DNA of 64,000 nt from Myxococcota bacterium (GTDB lineage: Bacteria > Myxococcota_A > UBA796 > CAJQPC01), in contig JAZAMN010000025.1 in NCBI GenBank assembly GCA_036229005.1, positions 1 through 64,000 of the forward strand, read 5' to 3'. Below the pieces are notes generated by a model. That model saw only the letters and a list, made by a program, of their open reading frames with translations. It was not told where the DNA came from and made no database searches. Shown one piece after another: positions 28,932 through 38,503 of this stretch. A program made the position numbers and the translations under genes. Position 1 is the stretch's first letter, and each line of letters opens with the position of its first letter.

Positions 28932-30593
28932 ATGCGCAGCGAGCTGTTCTCTGAACTGGAGAGCCAGGCCTTCGACATCGTGGTGGTCGGAGGCGGCATC
29001 ACCGGCTGTGGCGCCGCCCGCGACGCGGCCCGCCGGGGCCTCAAGGTCGCCATGATCGAGGCGGACGACATCGCCTCCGGGACCTCCTCCCGCTCCTCCA
29101 AGCTGGTGCACGGCGGGCTGCGCTACCTGGAGCAGTACGAGTTCAGCCTGGTGTTCGAGGCCGTCTCGGAGCGCAAGACCCTCCAGGACATCGCGCCCCA
29201 CCTGGTCAACCCGATGGGCTTCATGTTCCCCATCTACGACCACAGCCGGGTCGGGGTGAACACCCTGCGCGCGGGCCTGTGGCTCTACGACGGCCTGAGC
29301 ATGTTCCGCTCCCCCAAGCTCCACGAGGCCTTCTCCCCCAAGAAGGCCCTGGAGGTCGAGCCGCTGCTGGAGGGCAAGGGCCTCAAGGGCGTGCCCCTGT
29401 ACTGGGACTGCGCCACGGACGACGCCCGGCTCACCCTGGAGACCGCGCTGGACGCCTTGGAGGCCGGCGCCACGATCGCCACCCACACCCGCGTGACCGG
29501 CCTGGTCCACAACGAGTCCGGCCGGGTCTGCGGCGTGCGCGTGCGCGACCAGCTCCCCGGTGGCGGCCGGGAGTACACCGTCCAGACCAAGGCGGTCATC
29601 AACGCGACCGGCCCCTGGACCGACGGCCTGCGCGCCATGGCGGACGAGCACAGCAAGCTGCTGGCCCCCACCAAGGGCGTGCACATCGTGGTGCCGGCCT
29701 CGCGCCTGCCCATCAAGTACGCCGTGGTGCTCAACCACCCCGTCGACAAGCGGGTGCTGTTCGCCATCCCCTGGGGCACCGAGACCTACATCGGCACCAC
29801 CGACACCTACTTCGAGGGCGACCCCGCCGAGGTCTGCGCGGATCTGGCCGACATCGACTACCTGCTGGACGCCTCGAACAGCTACTTCCCCACCGCGGCG
29901 CTGGTGCGGGACGACGTGATCGCCACCTGGGCCGGCCTTCGCCCGCTGATCTCCCAGGAGGGCGCCAGCGAGTCCAGCGTCTCCCGCGAGCACGAGATCC
30001 ACGTCTCCAAGGACGGGCTGATCACCATCGCCGGCGGCAAGCTGACCACCTACCGACGCATGGGCGGAGAGGTCGTCTCCAAGGCCATGGACCTCATCAA
30101 GATGACCGGCGGATTCGACCAGGCCATCGAGGACCCCCGCACCGGCCGCGAGCCCCTGCCCGGCGCGGTGGGCTGGCCCGAGGACGACGACGCGAACACC
30201 GTCGCCGAGCGCATCGCCGACAAGGCCCAGGGCAAGCTCTCCCCGGAGACCGCCACTTTCCTGGCCCACCGCTACGGCACCCGGGGCGTCGACATCGCCG
30301 CGCTCGCCGTCAGCCACCAGGCCCTGCTGGAGCCCATGACGGACGGCCGCCCGGAGATCATGGCGCTGGTGGACTGGGCCGTGACCCAGGAGCTCGCGCT
30401 CACCGTGACCGACGTGCTGGAGCGGCGCACCCAGCTCTTCTTCCGAGACGTGGATCAGGGCCTGGGGGCCGTCGACAAGGTCTCCAAGCGCATGGCCGAG
30501 CTGCTGGGCTGGGACGAGCAGCGCCGCATCCAGGAGGTCGTGGACTACCAGGAGGAGGTCGCCCGCAGCCGGCGCTGGCGCAGCGAGATCTGA
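28932..30593 (+). CDS. glpD: FAD-dependent glycerol-3-phosphate dehydrogenase
   Basis: GGGITG, SGTSSRSSKLVHGGLRYLE, NATGPW, GTTD, AGLRPL, SREH, GGKLTTYR. Confidence 0.95.
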   Translation: MRSELFSELESQAFDIVVVGGGITGCGAARDAARRGLKVAMIEADDIASGTSSRSSKLVHGGLRYLEQYEFSLVFEAVSERKTLQDIAPHLVNPMGFMFPIYDHSRVGVNTLRAGLWLYDGLSMFRSPKLHEAFSPKKALEVEPLLEGKGLKGVPLYWDCATDDARLTLETALDALEAGATIATHTRVTGLVHNESGRVCGVRVRDQLPGGGREYTVQTKAVINATGPWTDGLRAMADEHSKLLAPTKGVHIVVPASRLPIKYAVVLNHPVDKRVLFAIPWGTETYIGTTDTYFEGDPAEVCADLADIDYLLDASNSYFPTAALVRDDVIATWAGLRPLISQEGASESSVSREHEIHVSKDGLITIAGGKLTTYRRMGGEVVSKAMDLIKMTGGFDQAIEDPRTGREPLPGAVGWPEDDDANTVAERIADKAQGKLSPETATFLAHRYGTRGVDIAALAVSHQALLEPMTDGRPEIMALVDWAVTQELALTVTDVLERRTQLFFRDVDQGLGAVDKVSKRMAELLGWDEQRRIQEVVDYQEEVARSRRWRSEI

Positions 30594-30685
30594 GCGCGGG
30601 CGCAGGCCCAGTAAGGAATCGGGGGGATTCCGAGCCCGGAGCAGCTTCCTAACTTGGTGTTGACATCAAACACCTGGAGGAAGAT

Positions 30686-33600
30686 GTGTCCCGAAACCCC
30701 CTGCTCATCGGCGCTGGCCTGCTCGGCCTGACCCTGCTCACCGCCTGCCCTGTGCCCGTTGGTAGCACCCACACCGTCGAGGTCGCAGCCGGCGCCATCC
30801 TGGCCGTGGACGCCCAGCCGGGCAGCTTCGAGTACTGGCTGATCGACGAGAACGACGACCTGGTGGAGCACGAGGTGCTCACCGTGACCCCTGGACTCGG
30901 TGCTCTGGTGACGGTGGAGGCCACGGATGCTCGCGGCATCTACATCACCACCCCCAGCACCGCGACGGCCCCCGACTACTCCGTGAAGTTCGAGGGCAGC
31001 GTCGAGGACAACGCGCCCGTGTCCTACCTGCAGACCGATGAGCCCGCGTTCGAGGACCTGCGGCTGGACGACGAGGCCGCGATGCTCACCAAGCACGCTG
31101 CGATGGAGGCCATGAACGACCAGGTGCTCGCGAACTGGGCGCTGGACCACACCGCCCAGTCCGACGCCCTGGTCACCCTGGCCCACGACCAGGTCACCGG
31201 GAGCCAGTCCGATCTGCAGCAGGGGCTGCTGGTCATGCAGGACAGCGACGACATCGCGGCGGCCGAGGCTGGGATCGGCGGAGACCCGCAGTGGGTGGAT
31301 GACGCCGAGGCCGCCATGGACCTGCTGCAGCCCCAGGCGGAGCTGGACGCGGGCATCGCCGAGGCGGAGCTGCTGGACCTGGAGGCCAACGCGCCGGACC
31401 CCGCGGTGCTGACCGCAGCCATCGAGGCCTGCGCCGACGACCTGGAGCTGGAGGCTCTGGAGGTCGAGGCCCTGGTGACGACCTACTACCCGGGCAGCGA
31501 CTCGGAGAAGGAGGACCCTCGTCAGGACGAGATCGACGCCAAGTACGAGCAGATCCTGGAGCCGGCGCTGGCCGAGATCGAGATCAGCATGGGCGACATC
31601 GAGGACTGCGTGATGGAGGCCATCGGCGCCGAGCCCGACCCCGCCTACACCGAGCCCTCTGATGTGCCCTACGAGGAGATCGCCGCGGACGCTGAGGCCG
31701 CCGCCGAGGTCGGCGCTGCAGGGGCGGAGACCTTCCAGACCGACCTGGAGAGCACCTGGGCCGACCAGGAGGAGGGCGAGGGCGCCATGGCCTGGGACTC
31801 CCCGGGCTGGCACGCACCCGCGGACGCTGCGGTTGCCCTCATCGAGGCCGAGATCGGCGCGGAGTTGTTCGCATCCCCCACGGGAGGCGTCGGGGGGACC
31901 ACGCCCCCGAGCGCCACGAGCGCCACCTCGCGCACCGCTTCGGCGAAGGATGACTCCAGCGCGGACGCCTGCGAGAACACCTCCTTTGTGTTCAACTTCC
32001 AGCTCCAGGGCGTGGGTGTGGTCATCGGCACGCCCTTCTCGGATGTCATGCGCGGCGCTGACGTCGACGACGGCTACGAGGTGATGGTCGGCCTCTGGGG
32101 GGACGACTGCATGAACGGCCGCGGCGGCCATGAGCTCATGCTGGGCAACTGGGGTGACGACGAGATGCACGGCGGGGACGAGCACGAGCTCATCCTGGGC
32201 GGGCACGGTGACGACACCATCTTCGCGGGGGAGGGGGCCTCCTACAGCTTCCAGATCCCGACCACGCCGCCCATCGACGTGGAGCTGGACCTGGGCTCGG
32301 TGATCTTCGGCGGCCGAGGCAATGACACCATCTCGGGCTCCGACCCCGACTACGACGAGAACGACGCTGGCGACACCGGCTACACCGACCTCATCTTCGG
32401 GGACGGCCTGACCGACGACACCGCGGGCAACGACACCATCGACGGCGGCGCGGGCATCGACTTCCTGTTCGGCCAGTGGGGCGATGACACGCTCCGCAAC
32501 CGCCTGCCCGGCGCCATCGAGATCAACGGCGTGGACTGGCCCATCGGCAGCTTCCACTTTGGCGGCAAGGGCGACGACAACATGATCGGCTCGGACCGCT
32601 TCGACCTGATGGTCGGTGGCCGCGGCGACGAGACGGCGATCGAGGGCCGCGGGGGCCTGGACATCATCCTGGCCGGCAAGGGCGATGACGTCGGCGTGGA
32701 CGGCGGCGACGGCCTGGACTTCGTGTTCGGCGGCCGCGGCGATGATGAGGTCACCGGCGGCGACGGCATCGACCTGGTCGCCGGCAACAAGGGCGACGAC
32801 ACCGTGCTCGGTGGCGCCGGGGTGTTCGACCTGGTGATGGGCGGCAGCGGCGATGACGTGGTCATGGGCGAGGACGGCATCGACTTCGTGTTCGGCCGCT
32901 CGGGGCAGGACTGGGTCTACGGAGGCGATGGGCTCTTCGATCTGGTCTTTGGCGGAACCGACCGCGACAGCGTGTTCGGTGATGACGGCATGGACCTGGT
33001 CGTGGGCGGCGAAGGACGGGACTGGATCGAGGCCGGCTCCGGCCTGGTCGATCTGGCCGTGGGCCGCTCCGAGACCGACGTGATCTACGGCAACGACGGC
33101 CTGGACGTGCTGCTCGGCAACGGCGGCTCCGACTGGATGAGCGGGGACGCGGGCATCGACCTGATCTTCGCCTCCGACGGCGACGACGTGCTCTTTGGCG
33201 GGACCGGCGTGGACGTGCTCGCTGGAGCCGACGGCGCGGACTGCCTCTGGGGCAACGACGGCCTGGACCTGGGCATCGGCGGCGACGGCCAGGATCAGCT
33301 CGTCGGCGGCGATGGTCTGGACCTGCTGCTCGGCGGGGCCGAGGGCGATGTGCTCTTTGGTGAGTCCGGCATCGACATCATGTTGGGCGGCGAAGGAGCG
33401 GACTCCCTGGACGGCGGCAGCCAGCTCGACATCATCCTGGGCGGCGCTGGCGAGGACCTGGCCTACGGCGGGACCGAGCTGGACATCGTGCTGGGCGGAG
33501 ATGAGGCCGACTGTGTGGACGGCGAAGACGGCGAGGACATCCTGCTCGGCGGCGACGGCAACGACGTGCTGCTGGACTCCATGCTGAGCTTGGGCGGCGC

Positions 33601-34177
33601 GGGCGAAGATGAGCTGGAGATCCGCCTGCTCGCCCTGGGCGGCACCGGACACGACACCATCCTGCAGCAGGGCACCGGCCGCAACTTCGTGCTCGCTGGC
33701 GACGGCAACGACACGGTCTACCAGACCCCCGATGAGTACCTGTCCCTGATCCTGGGCGGCAAGGGCGAGGACACCCTGAGCATCCCCGGCTTCGAGGCCG
33801 AGGGCTCCGGCTCCAACACAAAGGGGATCGTGCTCTCCGGAGACGGCGGCGATGAGGTCCAGGCCTCCAAGGGCAAGTGCTACGTCTTCGGCCAGGACGG
33901 CGACGACTACCTGAGCGGCGAGGTCGACGGCACCACCAGCAACGACGACCAGCGTGACTGGATCCTGGGCGGCGGCGACCACGACAAGGTCTTCGGCGAC
34001 AAGAAGGACAAGCGCGACACCCTGGTCGGCGAGGACAAGTACCGGGACGAGTGGCCCTCGGGGAGCTGGGGCAGCCTCCACAGCCCGCCGGTGCTGGGGA
34101 GCTGCGATGTCATGCCCGACACCATCACCTGTGACGCTCAGATGGAGCCGCCCGGAGACGTGGGCGCCAAGGGCTGA
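30686..34177 (+). CDS. Large acidic lipoprotein with long RTX/hemolysin-type calcium-binding nonapeptide repeat region
   Basis: Lipoprotein signal MSRNPLLIGAGLLGLTLLTAC; dozens of GGxGxDxUx units; GGAGG RBS. Confidence 0.88.
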   Translation: MSRNPLLIGAGLLGLTLLTACPVPVGSTHTVEVAAGAILAVDAQPGSFEYWLIDENDDLVEHEVLTVTPGLGALVTVEATDARGIYITTPSTATAPDYSVKFEGSVEDNAPVSYLQTDEPAFEDLRLDDEAAMLTKHAAMEAMNDQVLANWALDHTAQSDALVTLAHDQVTGSQSDLQQGLLVMQDSDDIAAAEAGIGGDPQWVDDAEAAMDLLQPQAELDAGIAEAELLDLEANAPDPAVLTAAIEACADDLELEALEVEALVTTYYPGSDSEKEDPRQDEIDAKYEQILEPALAEIEISMGDIEDCVMEAIGAEPDPAYTEPSDVPYEEIAADAEAAAEVGAAGAETFQTDLESTWADQEEGEGAMAWDSPGWHAPADAAVALIEAEIGAELFASPTGGVGGTTPPSATSATSRTASAKDDSSADACENTSFVFNFQLQGVGVVIGTPFSDVMRGADVDDGYEVMVGLWGDDCMNGRGGHELMLGNWGDDEMHGGDEHELILGGHGDDTIFAGEGASYSFQIPTTPPIDVELDLGSVIFGGRGNDTISGSDPDYDENDAGDTGYTDLIFGDGLTDDTAGNDTIDGGAGIDFLFGQWGDDTLRNRLPGAIEINGVDWPIGSFHFGGKGDDNMIGSDRFDLMVGGRGDETAIEGRGGLDIILAGKGDDVGVDGGDGLDFVFGGRGDDEVTGGDGIDLVAGNKGDDTVLGGAGVFDLVMGGSGDDVVMGEDGIDFVFGRSGQDWVYGGDGLFDLVFGGTDRDSVFGDDGMDLVVGGEGRDWIEAGSGLVDLAVGRSETDVIYGNDGLDVLLGNGGSDWMSGDAGIDLIFASDGDDVLFGGTGVDVLAGADGADCLWGNDGLDLGIGGDGQDQLVGGDGLDLLLGGAEGDVLFGESGIDIMLGGEGADSLDGGSQLDIILGGAGEDLAYGGTELDIVLGGDEADCVDGEDGEDILLGGDGNDVLLDSMLSLGGAGEDELEIRLLALGGTGHDTILQQGTGRNFVLAGDGNDTVYQTPDEYLSLILGGKGEDTLSIPGFEAEGSGSNTKGIVLSGDGGDEVQASKGKCYVFGQDGDDYLSGEVDGTTSNDDQRDWILGGGDHDKVFGDKKDKRDTLVGEDKYRDEWPSGSWGSLHSPPVLGSCDVMPDTITCDAQMEPPGDVGAKG
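32060..34040 (+). repeat. Coding tandem GGxGxD nonapeptide repeats with an 18-aa superperiod
   Basis: GGDGLDFVF-GGRGDDEVT, GGDGIDLVA-GNKGDDTVL, GNDGLDVLL-GNGGSDWMS and similar; boundaries approximate. Confidence 0.85.
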
Positions 34178-34191
34178 GCTGGATTGACCTG

Positions 34192-34224
34192 GGCGCCCGG
34201 TCCTCCGAGAGGGGGCCGGGCGTC
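34192..34224. terminator. GC-rich 14-bp hairpin between convergent genes
   Basis: GGCGCCCGGTCCTC-CGAGA-GGGGGCCGGGCGTC with G:U pairs on the + transcript; weak U tract. Confidence 0.55.
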
Positions 34225-34244
34225 TCTGCTCTGGGGCCGCTCTC

Positions 34245-35894
34245 TCAGTCCAGCAGGCCTTGGATCACCGCGGCCTCGGACTCCAGGTCCATGCTGGTCC
34301 CGATCCACGCCAGGGTGCCGTCCGGCGCCACCACAAAGTGCCGGGGGTTCCGGGCGAAGGCGTCCTCGCCGTTCTCCACGAACCACTCCCGACGCACGCT
34401 GCTGTCCGCGTCGTGCAGCACGGTCCCCTGGATGTCGGCCTCCTGAGCCCACTCCCGCGGGCGGTCCACCCCCACGCCCTCGGTGTAGACCCACACGCGC
34501 ACGAGCCCCGGCGTGTCCCCGAAGCGCTCCACGAAGAAGCCCTCGGTCGCCGCCACCTCGCTCGAACAGACCGGGCAGCCGTCCTCGAAGAGCGCGATCC
34601 AGACCACCTGACCCGCCTGGTCCGAGAGCCGCCAGAGCGCGTCGTCCAGGTCGAACTCCTCCAGCGGGGGGGCCTGCACGCCCAGCTCCATGTCCGCCCG
34701 GGAGCCCAAGCCCAGGGACACCTCCTGTTCGTCGGGGTCGTCGCTCCACAGTGCCAGGGGGGCGTCCACCTGCTCCGGCAGCGCCCAGCGCGCCATGTCT
34801 CCGGGTGCGATGCGCTGCGCCTCCAGCTCGCCTTCCTGAACCGCCGAGATCCACAGGGGCGCGGTCCCGTCGTTCCAGAGCTCCACCGTGGATCCACCAC
34901 GGGCGACCTCGGGGGTGATTCGCAGCTCCGGGGAGGCCGCGGTGGACACCAGGTCCAGGCGGTGGGGATCCGACCAGTCGGCCACCCAGATCCACCCCTC
35001 TTCGTCCTGCACGCTCTCCATGGCCGAGGTGCGCGACGGCTCCGCCCCCACAAAGCCCCCCGCGCGGTCCAGCACCACCGTGTGCGTCCAGGCCGAGGCC
35101 ACGATGCCCGCCGGCCCCAGCGACACCCCGCGCACGTTCCAGGGCCCCCGCCACTGGGCGGTCTGCTTCATGGTCCAGGGGTCGATCAGCAGCACGCCCT
35201 CGCTGCCGCACGCCAGCGCCAACCCCGCGTCGTCCGCTTCGATGTCCCGGCAGTGACCCCACAGCTCCAGGCGGGCGAGCTCCCCTCCGCTCTCCAGGTC
35301 GTGCTGCACCAGGGCCTGGGGCTCCAGGCGGAAGAGGCGGTCTTGCCAGAGCAGCACGTGGGTGGTCTGCTCGGAGAAGCTCAGCTCGGTGACCAGAGAG
35401 CCCTGCTCGTCCACCCGCCGCAGGCTCGCTCCTCGGCTCCCGCGGGCGATGGCCACCAGTCCCTGCGCACAGTCGATCCCCCCGTCGTTCCCGCCGATCT
35501 CCCAGTGACCGGTCTGCTCCGGCCCCTCCGGCCCCAGGGAGAAGCGGTAGAGGCTGCTGTGCCGGTCCACGCCCCAGAGCACCTCGCCGTCCCAGCAAGC
35601 CTGTTGCACGTTGCGCAGGGCCGTCTGACCCAGAAAGGTGGGGGTCTCAGGCGCGGACACGTCAAAGACCCAGACCCCTCCGTCTCCCTGCTTCTGCTGC
35701 CCGGTCATCACCAGCGTGGTGGGCCCCGCCATCAGCGCGTCGGTCAGCTCGATGCCCTTGTCCTGGGTCTCAAGAGAGGGCCCGGGCACCAGCGGATCCG
35801 TCCACACCCCCGGACCCCCGGAGCCCCCAGTGTCCTGTGCGCTGTCGTCCATCGGCGAGGCGCTGCGGGTGCAAGCCAGCAAGAGCAGAAGCAC
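34245..35894 (-). CDS. Lipoprotein: beta-propeller (LVIVD-like) + Ig-like domain + thioredoxin-fold redoxin domain with CPVC
   Basis: GTG-LLLLLAC; WVFDVSAPETPTFLG propeller blade; VELWNDGTAPLWI...WSDDPD Ig motif; APPLEEFDLDDALWRLSDQAGQVVWI...GCPVC...PRHFVVAPDG. Confidence 0.75.
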   Translation of the reverse strand: MLLLLLACTRSASPMDDSAQDTGGSGGPGVWTDPLVPGPSLETQDKGIELTDALMAGPTTLVMTGQQKQGDGGVWVFDVSAPETPTFLGQTALRNVQQACWDGEVLWGVDRHSSLYRFSLGPEGPEQTGHWEIGGNDGGIDCAQGLVAIARGSRGASLRRVDEQGSLVTELSFSEQTTHVLLWQDRLFRLEPQALVQHDLESGGELARLELWGHCRDIEADDAGLALACGSEGVLLIDPWTMKQTAQWRGPWNVRGVSLGPAGIVASAWTHTVVLDRAGGFVGAEPSRTSAMESVQDEEGWIWVADWSDPHRLDLVSTAASPELRITPEVARGGSTVELWNDGTAPLWISAVQEGELEAQRIAPGDMARWALPEQVDAPLALWSDDPDEQEVSLGLGSRADMELGVQAPPLEEFDLDDALWRLSDQAGQVVWIALFEDGCPVCSSEVAATEGFFVERFGDTPGLVRVWVYTEGVGVDRPREWAQEADIQGTVLHDADSSVRREWFVENGEDAFARNPRHFVVAPDGTLAWIGTSMDLESEAAVIQGLLD

Positions 35895-35945
35895 AGGGAA
35901 CTCCGGGGTCTCTGCCGGGATGCCGCCAGGGTCGCGGGGTTGCAA

Positions 35946-38474
35946 TCAGGGGGGCGCGCTCTGGTCTCGCACGAAGGCGCCCTTCACGCCGAAGATCGGC
36001 AGCGTCATCAACCCAAAGCCGTAGGCCGTGTTGCGGTCGTCGATCCCCGTGATCACCGGCTCCGGGACCCGCCGGTTGTAGACGTTCTGGATGTCCAGGT
36101 AGTACTCCAGCTCCCAGTGCTGGAGGGTCTGAAGCCGCGCCACCTTGAGGTCCAGCGCGTGGTAGGGCTGCAGCCGCGCGCTGCTCGTGTCCAGGGGGAC
36201 CTCGGTCTGGGTGAGGATGTCCAGGGCGTCGTCGGAGTCGGCCTCCCGGGGGTAGCCGGAGCCCACGCGGAAGCGCCCGGACAGGCTCCAGTTCTTGGGC
36301 AGCGACCACGCCGCCACGGCCACGAAGTAGTGGGGCTGGTCGTAGGTGAAGGGCACCCAGCCGTCCCCCGGCTCGTCCCGGCGCAGGCTGCGGCTGTAGG
36401 TGTAGGCCACCCAGCCCGAGAAGTCCCCGTAGGCCCAGCGGGAGAGCGTCTCCACGCCGTAGGCCTTGCCCTGTCCCTGGCCGGTGGACCCGTCCGACTC
36501 GAAGATGGTGAGGTCCTCCATCAGCCGGTAGTAGGCGTCCGCCTCGAAGCTCACCTGCCGCCCCCGCCAGCGCGCGCCGGCCCCCACACCGCGGCTCTGC
36601 TCCAGGTCCAGGTAGCGCCCGGTGGGCAGCCCGACGGCCCACTCGATGGGCGGGTACTGGTGGTAGATCCCCGCGTCGCCCACGAGCTGCCAGCGCTTGG
36701 AGGCCTGCACCACCGCCGAGGCCCGAGGGGAGGGGGCCCAGCGGAGCTGCTGGCCGTCCACATAGAGCGTGTCCAGGCGCCCGCCGACCACCAGGTGCGT
36801 GCCCTTGGCGTCGCCGAAGCGCAGGCTCAGGTAGGGGTCCGCCGAGGCCATCCAGGACCCCTTGGTGACGCTGGGGCAGTCGCCGTCGTCCGGGCAGTCG
36901 GTGCCCACCGAGATGCTGTAGTCGGTCAGCTCTCCGTCCAGGCCGAGCTGGTAGCCCCAGGGGGCGTCGTCCGGCGCGTCGAGCTGCAGCCGCAGGGCCC
37001 CGCTGGTGGAGTTGCGGATGTCCTGGTCGTCGGAGAAGTCCAGGTAGTAGGTGTCGTCCGCAAACACCGGCCGCACGCTGAGCGCCCCCAGCGCCGTGTC
37101 CTTCTCGATGCGGCCCAGCACGCGGTGCGTCCGGATGGTCACGCGCACCGTGTCGCCGTCCAGCCCGGTCGGCGCGTCGATCGCGTCCCGGTAGCCCAGG
37201 TAGAGCACGCCCGCGTTCTCGCCGTCCACCCGGGCCGACCAGTCGTAGAAGCGGGGGACGATGGCCGCCTGCTCCGGGGAGCTCACCGCCGACACGATGC
37301 GGTCCAGGTAGGAGCGCCGCAGGCTGGCCGCCATGCTCACGTCTTCGCCCAGGGGGACCTGCACAAAGGCCCCCGCGTGCACCAGATCCGCCCCCGCCTC
37401 GACCCGCGTCACGCCAGGGTCCAGGGTGCGGGAGGTCAGGTCCACGGCGCCCGCGATGCTGCGTCCGTAGCGCGGCCCGTAGCCGCCCGGCATGAAGTCC
37501 ACCTGCTCCACCATCGCCGGGTGCAGCACGCTGGTGAAGCCGCCCAGGTGGTAGACCAGCGGCACCCGCTGCCCGTCGATGAACACCCCCGTGTCCCGGG
37601 GCGCGCCGCCGCGCACGATCAGCCAGCCGGAGTCAAAGGGCGTCCGCACCACCCCCGGCAGGTTCTGCACCGCCCGCACCGGGTCGCCCATGGTCCCCGG
37701 GGTCGTCCGCAGCTCCGTCGCGCTCAGGGAGCGGGTGACGACCTCGGACTGCTGGCGCCGGTAGGTGCCCAGCGCGACCTGATCGCTGCCCTGGGCGTCC
37801 GCCACGAGCTGCACCTCGGCGACCTCGCCTGCGCCCAGAGTGAAGCCGACTGGAGCCAGCCGCAGGCTGGGATCCACGATCTCGATGGTGTGCTCCCCAG
37901 GCGCGAGCTCCCGCAAGCCGAACCTCCCCATCTCATCGGTCTCCCCGACGAGCTGGCCGTCCAAGAGCAGGGACACCCGCGCCGCGCTGCCGTCTCCCGC
38001 GACCACGAGCTGCACCAGCAGGTTCTCGGGGGGCGGGGGGAAGTTCCAGGAGAAGGGCAGCTCCACCTCGATGGGCTCGCCGTTCTCCATGGCAGGCGTG
38101 AAGCCCAGGTGCGGAGCGGCCTCCACCGCCAGGCTCAAGAAGGGCTCCTGACCGGCGACCGGCGTCACCTCGGCGACCTGTCCCTGGGTGTCGAGGAGGA
38201 GGAGGAGCTCGACCTGGTGGTCCACATAGGGCACACCGGCCGGCCACGGGATGGCCGGGAGCTCCAGCAGCTCGGGCATCACAAAGCCCATGGGCTCGGC
38301 GAGGTCAGGCTGGGCCGGATCCACCGGGGGCGCCTCGGGCTGCGTGACCTGCTCCGGCTGCTGGGGCTCCGTCTCTTCCGACGCAGGGGGCTCCGGCTCG
38401 GAGGGCTCCTGAGAACCTCCCCAGCCCCCCTCTTGGGCCACCAGACTCGCGAACAGAAACAGGTGTGTCGTCAC
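35946..38474 (-). CDS. TonB-dependent outer membrane receptor with N-terminal TonB_C-like and carboxypeptidase-regulatory-like domains
   Basis: Plug motifs PGTMGDPVRAVQNLPGV, LIVRGG, YHLGG, PGGYGPRYGR; barrel end LDIQNVYNR...PIFGVKGAF. GTG start inferred. Confidence 0.88.
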   Translation of the reverse strand: MTTHLFLFASLVAQEGGWGGSQEPSEPEPPASEETEPQQPEQVTQPEAPPVDPAQPDLAEPMGFVMPELLELPAIPWPAGVPYVDHQVELLLLLDTQGQVAEVTPVAGQEPFLSLAVEAAPHLGFTPAMENGEPIEVELPFSWNFPPPPENLLVQLVVAGDGSAARVSLLLDGQLVGETDEMGRFGLRELAPGEHTIEIVDPSLRLAPVGFTLGAGEVAEVQLVADAQGSDQVALGTYRRQQSEVVTRSLSATELRTTPGTMGDPVRAVQNLPGVVRTPFDSGWLIVRGGAPRDTGVFIDGQRVPLVYHLGGFTSVLHPAMVEQVDFMPGGYGPRYGRSIAGAVDLTSRTLDPGVTRVEAGADLVHAGAFVQVPLGEDVSMAASLRRSYLDRIVSAVSSPEQAAIVPRFYDWSARVDGENAGVLYLGYRDAIDAPTGLDGDTVRVTIRTHRVLGRIEKDTALGALSVRPVFADDTYYLDFSDDQDIRNSTSGALRLQLDAPDDAPWGYQLGLDGELTDYSISVGTDCPDDGDCPSVTKGSWMASADPYLSLRFGDAKGTHLVVGGRLDTLYVDGQQLRWAPSPRASAVVQASKRWQLVGDAGIYHQYPPIEWAVGLPTGRYLDLEQSRGVGAGARWRGRQVSFEADAYYRLMEDLTIFESDGSTGQGQGKAYGVETLSRWAYGDFSGWVAYTYSRSLRRDEPGDGWVPFTYDQPHYFVAVAAWSLPKNWSLSGRFRVGSGYPREADSDDALDILTQTEVPLDTSSARLQPYHALDLKVARLQTLQHWELEYYLDIQNVYNRRVPEPVITGIDDRNTAYGFGLMTLPIFGVKGAFVRDQSAPP

Positions 38475-38503
38475 GCCCAGGACAGTAGCACCCAGAGTGG
38501 GGG

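Noticed and set aside
32060..34040. Periodic DNA repeats as a possible CRISPR array
   Set aside because: The repeats are degenerate, in frame and conserved at protein level; there are no identical repeats with unique spacers and no cas genes.
30545..34081. 1178-aa minus-strand ORF
   Set aside because: Antisense shadow of the RTX gene; high-GC3 genes leave the opposite frame free of stops, and it has no motifs.
34245..34700. Possible selenocysteine redoxin
   Set aside because: The motif is plain CPVC with no in-frame TGA.
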